Source of the DNA: Bacteriovoracaceae bacterium
Lineage (GTDB): Bacteria; Bdellovibrionota; Bacteriovoracia; Bacteriovoracales; Bacteriovoracaceae
DNA: 16,860 bases
NCBI GenBank assembly: GCA_049599895.1
Contig: JBMYPC010000062.1
Span: forward strand, 1-16,860
Direction of reading: 5' to 3'
Under the pieces are notes generated by a model that worked only from the letters and a program-made list of their open reading frames with translations, did not search any database and had not been told where the DNA came from. Below, piece after piece: positions 1 through 7,637 of this stretch; the stretch's first letter is position 1; each line of letters starts with the position of its first letter. The translations under genes and the position numbers were made by a program.

Positions 1-13
1 ACTTGGGATTGAT

Positions 14-55
14 TGTGGCCATGGAGGAAAATGGTTCGACTAAAAAATGGGGTGG
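14..55 (+). repeat. Junction/att-like motif copy 1 (element-end arm plus tRNA-His 3'-end core AATGGGGTGG)
   Basis: tgtggccatggaggaaaatggttcgactaaaaaatggggtgg aligns without gaps to 2942-2982. AAAAAATGGGGTGG (42-55) is identical to 10567-10580, which spans the tRNA-His CCA end. Confidence 0.85.
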
Positions 56-506
56 TGACCCCAACTGGAAGCAAACTTCTTTTCCTCGCTTCCAACTTAC
101 TAAAAACATTAAATTTGTAGCTCATCCAGCATACCTAGACAAGCAGTTCCTCCAGCAAAAATACCTTGAAGAAAAGCTCGGGGCGACGGAAATTGCCCAG
201 CTAATTGGTTCCTCCAAAACGACGGTTTTAAAATACTTGAAGCGATTTGGCATCCCCACAAGAAAGGTTGGGGCCAATCTTAGAAATCATAAAAATGGTG
301 TTGCTTATGGTCAGAAGATGGAGAAGCGAGAACTTCAGAATCATAAGAGGGAACAGGCCAATATTGATAAGATGAAGGAACTTCGTGCAAATGGCTTCAG
401 CTACTGGAAAATTGCTGAAGTCTTCAACTCTATGAAAATCCCCACCAAAACAGGGAAAGGGAAGTGGCATGCGAAGACTGTTCAGCAGATACTAGAGCGT
501 TTTTAG
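15..506 (+). CDS. Small protein with N-terminal HTH and stand-alone serine-recombinase DNA-binding (Recombinase/RD-like) domain; no catalytic domain
   Basis: HTH-like YLEEKLGATEIAQLIGSSKTTVLKYLKRFGI. RD-like AYG..L..HKREQANIDKMKELRANGFSYWKIAEVFNSMKIPTKTGKGKWHAKTVQQIL. Paralog at 2943-3437. Start is uncertain (TTG 3, GTG 15, ATG 21, all upstream of the att core). Confidence 0.8.
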   Translation: MAMEENGSTKKWGGDPNWKQTSFPRFQLTKNIKFVAHPAYLDKQFLQQKYLEEKLGATEIAQLIGSSKTTVLKYLKRFGIPTRKVGANLRNHKNGVAYGQKMEKRELQNHKREQANIDKMKELRANGFSYWKIAEVFNSMKIPTKTGKGKWHAKTVQQILERF

Positions 507-541
507 TGAGTATAAAGTTATATAAGTATTTACAGGGAGTT

Positions 542-614
542 AAATAGGGTAATCATGCTTTTAATGGGTTAATTTGGTGTTTATATTACCCTATTTCTAT
601 GATATTACCTTATT
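542..614. promoter_or_regulatory. Operator-like repeat cluster upstream of the Fic gene
   Basis: Perfect 12-bp inverted repeat AAATAGGGTAAT (542-553) / ATTACCCTATTT (585-596), plus a 12/13 direct copy ATATTACCTTATT (602-614) abutting the GTG start. Confidence 0.6.
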
Positions 615-1667
615 GTGAACTCTTTGAATCATAGCTATTTAGAAAGGCTCAAATTTGGTCAAACAGAATTAGGTACTCTAAGAAGTTTAGGTGAGTATAG
701 AGGCAAGCAAATTCTTTACTCGAAACAATCTCCAGAGGTTTTGAAGGGACTACAACAAGTGGCCGCCATAGAGTCAAGCGAGTCGTCAAATCGTTTGGAA
801 GGTATTGAGGTTCCTCACAAAAGAATTGAAAAACTTGTTTTAGAAAATACCAAACCAAAAGATCGCTCTGAGCAAAAAGTGGCTGGGTATAGAGATGCTT
901 TGTCTTTAATTCATGAGTCCCATGAGGAAATCCCATTCAGCTTGAATGTCGTACTACAGTTTCATAGTTTTATTTATAAATATATGCCCAACCCTGGTGG
1001 AAAATGGAAAAGCACAAATAATGAGATCATAGAAAAATATCCTGATGGTAAAACAAGGGTGCGATTTATACCTATTTCATCATTAGAAACGCCACAATAC
1101 ATGGAAGGGTTGGTAAAGAACTATGGTTTGTCTCTTGATAAGAATCTGGCGGATCCATTAGTTATTATTCCTTTGGCTATTCTTGATTTTTTATGTATCC
1201 ACCCTTTTTCAGATGGTAATGGGAGAGTTGCACGCTTACTAACTTTATTACTCCTTTATCATTTTGATTATAAAGTTGGACGGTATATAAGCCTTGAGCG
1301 AATTTTTGAGCAAACAAAAGAAGATTACTATCGAACACTTGAAGAAAGTTCTCAAGGTTGGCATGAAGGCAAACACGATATCATGCCTTGGGTAAATTAT
1401 TTTTGGGTTGCTTTAATGAAAGCCTACCAGGAGTTTGAAGAAAGAGTAGGAACTATAACTCCTGGGAAAGGGTCAAAAAGTAATCAAGTTCGTCAATATG
1501 TTAAAAAACAATTAAGGGCTTTTTCTATATCAGATGTTGAAAAGGAACTTCCTTGGATCAGCCGAGATATGATTAGGATAGTGCTTAGAGAAATGAGAGA
1601 TGAAAAAATAATCACATCAAAAGGAAAGGGCCGAGGGGCCAAGTGGGTTTTGGTTAACAAGAAATGA
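615..1667 (+). CDS. Fic-domain protein (putative AMPylase) with C-terminal winged-HTH-like region
   Basis: Canonical Fic motif HPFSDGNGRVAR. N-terminal inhibitory-type motif SNRLEG ((S/T)xxxE(G/N)). C-terminal FSISDVEKELPWISRDMIRIVLREMRDEKIITSKGKGRGAKW. Confidence 0.95.
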   Translation: MNSLNHSYLERLKFGQTELGTLRSLGEYRGKQILYSKQSPEVLKGLQQVAAIESSESSNRLEGIEVPHKRIEKLVLENTKPKDRSEQKVAGYRDALSLIHESHEEIPFSLNVVLQFHSFIYKYMPNPGGKWKSTNNEIIEKYPDGKTRVRFIPISSLETPQYMEGLVKNYGLSLDKNLADPLVIIPLAILDFLCIHPFSDGNGRVARLLTLLLLYHFDYKVGRYISLERIFEQTKEDYYRTLEESSQGWHEGKHDIMPWVNYFWVALMKAYQEFEERVGTITPGKGSKSNQVRQYVKKQLRAFSISDVEKELPWISRDMIRIVLREMRDEKIITSKGKGRGAKWVLVNKK

Positions 1668-2389
1668 TCATGATAAAGATAATGAAATTTAAACCAATCG
1701 CTCTTTTAATCTTGGGTTTCATTGGAGAGACCTACGCGTCATCTTGTCCCGAGGGAATGTATAGAGTTCAGGGGCATTATAGGCAGGCTCATTATAGAAA
1801 TGGGAAATATGTTAAGGGGGCAAATGTTTCACCCCACTGTAAACACTATAGGAGTGATGGCCCACTAAAACCTGAATTCAAGTTGAGGATGCCGAAGGGT
1901 TGGCCGCAGAAAAAAGAAAAGTTTAAAAAGTGTTCTAAAAAAAATCAAAAGAAAATAAATAAAGCATTATCTACTCTTCCAAAGATTTTAACAAATATAG
2001 GCAAATTAAAAATTCATTGTGCAGATAGGTCTGTGTACTTAGGTAATCCGGCGTCATCGGCTCCGAATGTGAAGATTATTGTTCTGTATGACTCAGCTTT
2101 CTCTGGAGATGTAAAGAGGTACATAGCACATGAACTAGCTCATATTCTTTATACAAGATTATCAGATGAAGAAAAAAAGATTTTGCATAAAGTGAGTTCT
2201 TGGACAGAAGATAAAAATGGAAGATTCAAGACAAAGAGGAAAAAGTTTTCTGAGCCTGATGGTGCAATCGATCCAGATGAGGACTTCTCGAACAATGTAG
2301 AGCACTACTTGTTTAATAAACGACATTTTAGAAGGGATTATCCTGAAATTTTTAAATGGCTAAAAAATCTATTTGGAGATAAAAAATGA
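1664..2389 (+). CDS. Secreted basic protein, putative zinc metallopeptidase (HExxH)
   Basis: Signal-peptide-like N-terminus (MKFKPIALLILGFIGETYA-S). YIAHELAHI motif and a downstream PDEDFSNNVEHYLF helix. ATGA overlap with the Fic stop. Confidence 0.75.
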   Translation: MIMIKIMKFKPIALLILGFIGETYASSCPEGMYRVQGHYRQAHYRNGKYVKGANVSPHCKHYRSDGPLKPEFKLRMPKGWPQKKEKFKKCSKKNQKKINKALSTLPKILTNIGKLKIHCADRSVYLGNPASSAPNVKIIVLYDSAFSGDVKRYIAHELAHILYTRLSDEEKKILHKVSSWTEDKNGRFKTKRKKFSEPDGAIDPDEDFSNNVEHYLFNKRHFRRDYPEIFKWLKNLFGDKK

Positions 2390-2868
2390 AATGGATGTTA
2401 ATGGCAACTATTTTTTTTAGTTGCAGTACTTATCAGAGTACACGAAAAAAAGAGATAGAAAGAAGATGGTTAATATTAGAACGTGCTATTGAAGATAGAT
2501 GGACACAAAAAGAAATTGTCAATTTATTAGGTAGTCCTGAAAGTAAAGATAGGGATAAAGAAGATGAGTCTTGGTCCTATAGCTCTGAAGAGAGTGGTGT
2601 TCAGGAGTGGTCAATTAGTTTTAATTTGAAGAGCAAAATAGTTTCATATATTAGTTATGGGCCTACAGGATCGCTAGATAATGATTTTACCTTGGATAAA
2701 ATTTTAAAACGTTGGGAAAGCCTGAACTGCAAGAAGAAGAAATCTAAAATGTATACAAGAGGGCACACTGTCTACCAGGATCAATATTACCTTTGTGATG
2801 GGAATAAAAGAATCGACTATAATCGTTACAATGAAGTGTCTTGGATTCGAGTGAGTAGTGGGAGATAG
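2386..2868 (+). CDS. Lipoprotein with SmpA/BamE-like motif
   Basis: Short signal peptide with lipobox MKWMLMATIFFS-C. WTQKEIVNLLGSPESK...ESWSY pattern. ATGA overlap with the upstream gene. Confidence 0.75.
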   Translation: MKWMLMATIFFSCSTYQSTRKKEIERRWLILERAIEDRWTQKEIVNLLGSPESKDRDKEDESWSYSSEESGVQEWSISFNLKSKIVSYISYGPTGSLDNDFTLDKILKRWESLNCKKKKSKMYTRGHTVYQDQYYLCDGNKRIDYNRYNEVSWIRVSSGR

Positions 2869-2941
2869 TTTAAGTCTTGTGTGGATCATCAAGCGGGGAT
2901 GGAAGTAAACAGGTTTCCTCCAGTTTAACTCTTTGAAATTT

Positions 2942-2982
2942 TGTGGTTCAGGAGGACAAAAGTTCGAGTAAGGAATGGGGTG
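2942..2982 (+). repeat. Junction/att-like motif copy 2
   Basis: tgtggttcaggaggacaaaagttcgagtaaggaatggggtg has the same 34-nt spacing from TGTGG to TGGGG as copy 1, and conserves GGAGGA, GTTCGA, TAA and AATGGGGTG. Confidence 0.8.
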
Positions 2983-3437
2983 ATCCAGTTTTTTCTTGGA
3001 GCTCTAGGTACCGCCAACTCCAAATGACTAATATCATTCAATTACCAGTCAAAAATGAGTGGAGAAATAAGGAGCTTTTATATCAAAAATACGTCGTTGA
3101 AAGGCGAAGTTTAAACGAGCTGGCGGTAGAATTTAAAGTTGCCAGACAGACAATTTCTAAGCAAATGAAGGAGTTTGGGATTTCTGTAAGGAAAAGCGGG
3201 GCAAATGTAGAAAGAAAGAGGGGACTTGCTTATGGTGAAAAGTGTCGAGATAGAAAACTAAAAGTACATAAAAGAGAAATGGAGAATATTCAAAAAATGA
3301 AAGACCTTCGAGATAAAGGTTTCAGTTATTGGAAGATTGCAGATATCTTCAATTCTATGGCGGTTCCTACAAAGACTCGTAAAGGTAAGTGGCATGCTAA
3401 GACAATTCATCAGATTTTACTAAGTAGTACTTATTAA
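2943..3437 (+). CDS. Small HTH + stand-alone recombinase DNA-binding domain protein (paralog of 15-506)
   Basis: 32 of 42 residues identical to the first copy over KMKDLRDKGFSYWKIADIFNSMAVPTKTRKGKWHAKTIHQIL. GTG start at the same offset from the att core. An internal ATG (MTNII) is an alternative start. Confidence 0.85.
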   Translation: MVQEDKSSSKEWGDPVFSWSSRYRQLQMTNIIQLPVKNEWRNKELLYQKYVVERRSLNELAVEFKVARQTISKQMKEFGISVRKSGANVERKRGLAYGEKCRDRKLKVHKREMENIQKMKDLRDKGFSYWKIADIFNSMAVPTKTRKGKWHAKTIHQILLSSTY

Positions 3438-4876
3438 TAAACTGTGTGCTTAGCATTTAGGTAGTTTAAAATATTAGTTAGGTCATCACTAGAAATATTG
3501 TTGTCATAAACAATCATTTCGATTAAGTCATAGTTTGCTCGAAATCTCTTGTCTGCATTAGTGACTGTCATGCAGCCTATCATTGCCCAGGTCGAAAGAG
3601 ATGAAGTATACTTCATCGTAAGGATTTGTAGTGAACTTGTAACATTAGAAGCACCAACATCCTCGCCTGTAGAACTAAAGCTTCCATTGTTTATAGCAAC
3701 CTGACCTGTTGTCGAACCAGTTCCATTAAAGCTTACAGTATACCCTCTATTGGTACTCAGAAAAAGGAATTCATTAAAGTCAGTAAAACCAAGGACAGCA
3801 TGTGCGCCATCTAAAACAGTTATTGCATTTTCGATAACAATAATAATTGTTTGAGCTGTGGATATGCTATTTAGGTCCATGCAGTTTCCGGTTGTATTAG
3901 CACCAGCATCTCCGGAAAACTGGATAGTACTTGAGCTCAAAGTAGGTCTGTCGCCGCCTGAGGCGGTTACATGATTATTATTGCCACTTTTATCTTGCCA
4001 ACATCCAACAGGGTCCGAGTTTGTACTTGCAACCGTACAGCCGGTGTCTTGAAAGATGGTGGAGCTGTCTGAAGCGTCAAGCCATATTGTATTTCCACCA
4101 ACCAAAGTAGGAATAATGTTTACTGTTAGATTAAAAGTGTCTTGGGCAGTTAAACTTCCATCCGATACTTCCAAGGTAATTGTAGCGCTACCATATTCAT
4201 TAGTGTTGGGAGTGAGTGTTGCTGTACAGTTTGGAGCTGTTCCTCCAAATGCAACATCTGAGTCGTTAATAAGGGTTGCGTTGGATGAACTCATTGTAAC
4301 ACTTGTTGCACAACTAAGACTTGACTCGGAGTCGTTAATTGTAAATGATAGTGCTGATGTTGAGTTATTTGCATTAATTGTTTGGTTCGATACATCTGAA
4401 ATCGTCGGTGCTGTATTTGGTGATGTTACCGTTAGTGTAAAGGTATCGCTTGAAGATAAGACTTCATCTGAAACTGTTAGGGTAATCGTTGATGTCCCAG
4501 ATTGCCCTGCTTTTGGGGTTAAGGTTACTGTGCAGTTTGGAGCTGTTCCAGCTAAAGTAATATCTGAAGAGTCAATCAATGTTGTATTTGAAGAAGAAGC
4601 AGATACACTAGTTGTACATCCTATAGTTGAATCTGTGTCAAGGATTACAAAACTTATGGCTCCTGTGCTTGTATTCATGACCGTTGATTGATCAGAAATG
4701 TCAGATATGTCTGGAATATCACCATCCACAGAACCGCTACCTGATGACCCTCCGTTATCAGTTGGTGTATAACCTTCATCTACGAATCCTTTATCCCCAT
4801 AGGGGTTATTACAAGCTGTTTGCAGCATAAGTACAAAGGTCATGATAAAAATTGTTAGACACCTTTTAAATATCAA
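3434..4876 (-). CDS. Surface lipoprotein / putative adhesin with two Ig/cadherin-like repeats and a C-terminal LamG/concanavalin-like domain
   Basis: TTG 4876 is preceded by GGAGG. Lipobox LQTA-C. Two ~102-aa T/S-rich repeats (shared GTAPNCT.TLTP and TITL.VSD). WLDASD...WQDKSGNNNH motif is typical of LamG-like domains. Confidence 0.8.
   Translation of the reverse strand: MIFKRCLTIFIMTFVLMLQTACNNPYGDKGFVDEGYTPTDNGGSSGSGSVDGDIPDISDISDQSTVMNTSTGAISFVILDTDSTIGCTTSVSASSSNTTLIDSSDITLAGTAPNCTVTLTPKAGQSGTSTITLTVSDEVLSSSDTFTLTVTSPNTAPTISDVSNQTINANNSTSALSFTINDSESSLSCATSVTMSSSNATLINDSDVAFGGTAPNCTATLTPNTNEYGSATITLEVSDGSLTAQDTFNLTVNIIPTLVGGNTIWLDASDSSTIFQDTGCTVASTNSDPVGCWQDKSGNNNHVTASGGDRPTLSSSTIQFSGDAGANTTGNCMDLNSISTAQTIIIVIENAITVLDGAHAVLGFTDFNEFLFLSTNRGYTVSFNGTGSTTGQVAINNGSFSSTGEDVGASNVTSSLQILTMKYTSSLSTWAMIGCMTVTNADKRFRANYDLIEMIVYDNNISSDDLTNILNYLNAKHTVY
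4120..4715 (-). repeat. Intragenic tandem duplication (two Ig-like units, 306-nt period)
   Basis: CAGTTTGGAGCTGTTCC occurs at 4227-4243 and 4533-4549. The protein repeats align. Boundaries are approximate. Confidence 0.85.
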
Positions 4877-4877
4877 A

Positions 4878-5723
4878 TTAAAGACCTCCAAAGCTAACTC
4901 CAAGTTTCACAGTTACCGACTCAAAGCTTTGCTTAAAACCAAAAACATTCACATCACCAGACTGAGCTTCGGCTTCCAAAGAATATCGGTCTGTGCTGGA
5001 ATCGATGTTTATTCCCGCAAAAACTTTCTTTGTATATGCACTCTCTATATTAACAGAAGGATTATTTTGTACGTGATATTGCCTATATCCGAGACCAACT
5101 TTAATACTTATATTATTTTTGCCCATAATAATGGGCATTTCTAGTGATGATCCTAGTTCAATATATAGAAGCTGGTCAGAGTCTATCTCTGCCACACCAT
5201 CAGCCAGTGTTTTTACATATGGAAGGGATTCAGTTCCAAGCTCTAGCTTCAGGCCAGTAAAACGAAAAAGTTTGAGTTTGATATTGGTACTCACACCAAA
5301 AATATTAGAAAATTTATTGTTAAGTTCATTGCTATCAGGATCTTGAAATATTAGTCTCTGAGAGTATCCAGTAATACCTACTCTTGTATCTTTTGAAAAA
5401 TAATAGTTATAAGACAACTTAAGACCAGGTGAGATATCACTGAAAACTGTTGTTTGTCTTCCTGATGCATTTTTTGATTCTATATTGCTGAAGCTCCATA
5501 TACTATTAAGACCCCAAGCATGAGGTGTTTTGCTTTTTGTTTTTGAGTATTGTGGCAATTTACTAATCACTCCTTCATCCTGAAACTGAATGTTATTTAG
5601 GTAAATTTGGTGTTCTGGCATATCAAGATTTTCGTTTTGAAACTTAATATCTTTAAAGTCCTCTTCATTTGCAAAAGAATTTATCGATAGAGAAAATATA
5701 AAAATCATCATAATGGACTTCAC
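4878..5723 (-). CDS. Exported protein, probable outer-membrane beta-barrel
   Basis: Signal peptide MKSIMMIFIFSLSINSFA. Alternating amphipathic strands (GLKLSYNYYF, KVGLGYRQY). C-terminal VKLGVSFGGL. Confidence 0.65.
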   Translation of the reverse strand: MKSIMMIFIFSLSINSFANEEDFKDIKFQNENLDMPEHQIYLNNIQFQDEGVISKLPQYSKTKSKTPHAWGLNSIWSFSNIESKNASGRQTTVFSDISPGLKLSYNYYFSKDTRVGITGYSQRLIFQDPDSNELNNKFSNIFGVSTNIKLKLFRFTGLKLELGTESLPYVKTLADGVAEIDSDQLLYIELGSSLEMPIIMGKNNISIKVGLGYRQYHVQNNPSVNIESAYTKKVFAGINIDSSTDRYSLEAEAQSGDVNVFGFKQSFESVTVKLGVSFGGL

Positions 5724-5779
5724 CTTGCCTCGCTTTGATTAGCATTCTTGATTCTTTCTTTTCTTATCTTTTTCCATGT

Positions 5780-6574
5780 TTAAAAAAACAATCCTATATT
5801 ATAATAATCATTACTTTCTTTTGATTTTAAAGTCATAGAAATGAGAGAAAGCAGTGCTTGCTCAAGGTGCTCTTTTTCAAAATCCCTACAAACCTCAAGA
5901 GCCTGTTTTAAACCTTTAATAACATCTGTTCTTGTATTTGAATCAACGATAAATCTAAACTTTTCAACTAGCTCTTTGGCAATTCTTCCATCAAGGTAGT
6001 AGATTTCTTCCTCAAGAAGGAAATTAGATTGAAAGAGTCTTGGTGGAATCATTTTTTGCTGAGCTGAACTTGGAATTCTTTTTTGTTCAACTTTTTTAAG
6101 AGAGGATAGGTATTCATGAGTTGGGATGATAAGTTTATCACCTTGCTTTATTAAGTTGATATCTTTTACTAGGGGATTTAGATGTTTAATTACAGAGATT
6201 AAGTTCCAAGGATTTTCATTTTTTAAAATATCTTTTAATATTCCAGATACAGTGTCTCCATATTTAACTTCATAGCTTGTAACTATATTTGAAGCATTTT
6301 TGCCAAACTCTAAAGGAATATTTATTTCATCATCAATATTAAGGATATTTAAATCTTTAATATGAGGATTTAAAGCCTCGAAACTCTTAAAGGCCGCTTT
6401 AAAAGGTCTAGATGAATAACTTACTTTTTTCCCATTTTGTTGTATGTACTGCATAATTATCTTGGAAAGTGATTCACCTTCTTGAACCTTGTGCTTTTGA
6501 ACATAATCCGCAGATGCAAACGAATCTAGACTTGCAAAAGTAGATATTGTTAATGGTAAAACTAGCTTCTTCAT
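5780..6574 (-). CDS. Exported protein with two LysM domains (possibly prematurely terminated)
   Basis: Signal peptide. LysM motifs HKVQEGESLSKI...LNPHIKDLNILNIDDEINIP and YEVKYGDTVSGI...LNPLVKDINLIKQGDKLIIP. Confidence 0.9.
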   Translation of the reverse strand: MKKLVLPLTISTFASLDSFASADYVQKHKVQEGESLSKIIMQYIQQNGKKVSYSSRPFKAAFKSFEALNPHIKDLNILNIDDEINIPLEFGKNASNIVTSYEVKYGDTVSGILKDILKNENPWNLISVIKHLNPLVKDINLIKQGDKLIIPTHEYLSSLKKVEQKRIPSSAQQKMIPPRLFQSNFLLEEEIYYLDGRIAKELVEKFRFIVDSNTRTDVIKGLKQALEVCRDFEKEHLEQALLSLISMTLKSKESNDYYNIGLFF

Positions 6575-6660
6575 AATCTAATCATCGAGATATAAAGACT
6601 AGAACTTAAACAAAGGTGTTGAAATGTAGCAGTTTAGAAAAATTTGCCTAGTATATGATA

Positions 6661-7398
6661 CTAGTTACCGAAACTGACACCCAGGTATAACTGGAGAGAT
6701 TTATTTTCTTGATCTATGTCGTCGACTTTTTGTGTATACGAGGAGTTTTTAATTCGAAAGTCGATACTTGAGCTTGAGAAATAATAGTTAAGCTCTGCGC
6801 CGAGTTCCATTTCTCCTGTTGAGGGTAGGGATTTCCCCTCATCTGTAGCTAGGAAAAAGTAGCGATAGCCTAAATCAAGCTTTGCTGTTAACCCAGATTT
6901 CTTTTTTCCTGTTATAGATGGCGTGAAAAATAATCCAAGATTAGTGCGATTAACTGATTTGATTTTAGCAATACTAAGCTCATCATTATTTATGTATATT
7001 CTAGAGTCCTTTCCTATTCTCAGCTCAGGTCTTAACCAGTATTTATAAAAGCTAATAATTGCATTAATACCATTAAGCTCAACTTCCGAATTATCGAGAG
7101 AGCCTGTAATTGGATTATTAAATCTAACTACTTCTGAGTAACCCTTAAGTCCTACCACAATACCTGAACTTGCCATATATAAATTTGAAAACTCAAATCC
7201 GCTCGAAGACTGTCCGGGTAAGGATGTTTTCGTAGAGTTCTCTGAGTCAGTAAAACTGATTAAGTAATAACTTTGCCTAAGGCCAAAAGAGAACTTATAG
7301 TTGGAGTAACCCTTTTGCACAAAAAGAGTATTTATTAATACTGTTAGTATTATGTATTTACTCATTTTTAATGTTAGTGTTTTGGCCATTCTTGGCAA
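6661..7398 (-). CDS. Exported protein, probable outer-membrane beta-barrel
   Basis: AGGAGG before TTG 7398. Hydrophobic signal segment. Amphipathic strands (KLDLGYRYFF, ELGAELNYYF). C-terminal LYLGVSFGN. Confidence 0.65.
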   Translation of the reverse strand: MPRMAKTLTLKMSKYIILTVLINTLFVQKGYSNYKFSFGLRQSYYLISFTDSENSTKTSLPGQSSSGFEFSNLYMASSGIVVGLKGYSEVVRFNNPITGSLDNSEVELNGINAIISFYKYWLRPELRIGKDSRIYINNDELSIAKIKSVNRTNLGLFFTPSITGKKKSGLTAKLDLGYRYFFLATDEGKSLPSTGEMELGAELNYYFSSSSIDFRIKNSSYTQKVDDIDQENKSLQLYLGVSFGN

Positions 7399-7573
7399 AT
7401 TACCTCCTTGAGAATAAACTTCTACCTTCTCATAATAATCAATCGGTAAACTAAGGCTTTTTAAAAAACTGACTTCTTAAGTTTGGAAAATCTTTCCTGT
7501 CTTTTTGTGGTTCTTTAGACAAAAAGAAAGGCACTACCTGGATGACTAAGTACCTAAGTGGGACTCCTAGATG

Positions 7574-7603
7574 AGACCCTTGTTCGAGGTACCGGGGTCT
7601 TTT
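7574..7603 (+). terminator. Possible intrinsic terminator/attenuator hairpin in the leader of the 333-aa gene
   Basis: AGACCCT (7574-7580) pairs with GGGGTCT (7594-7600), followed by a short T run. Confidence 0.4.
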
Positions 7604-7637
7604 CCTATAAACATTTCTTTTAACCAGGAGGATTGCG

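Larger units (their letters stand above)
46..2982. mobile_element. Element A: integrase-less tRNA-His-targeted cassette or decayed integrative element (HTH-RD gene, Fic, peptidase, lipoprotein)
   Basis: Bounded by direct copies of the core AATGGGGTG (46-54, 2974-2982). Same left-end gene type as element B. No recombinase ORF inside. Confidence 0.7.

Noticed and set aside
23..120. GGAGGA followed by ATG 31 as a separate small gene
   Set aside because: SD spacing is too short, the frame stops within about 30 codons, and copy 2 has no equivalent ATG.
2872..2880. AAGTCTTGT, also found at 10652-10660 beside the tRNA 5' end
   Set aside because: Only 9 nt with no extension and no fit to the att geometry.
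4056..4691. 211-aa plus-strand ORF
   Set aside because: Antisense shadow of the Thr/Ser-rich Ig repeats, with no independent coding signal.
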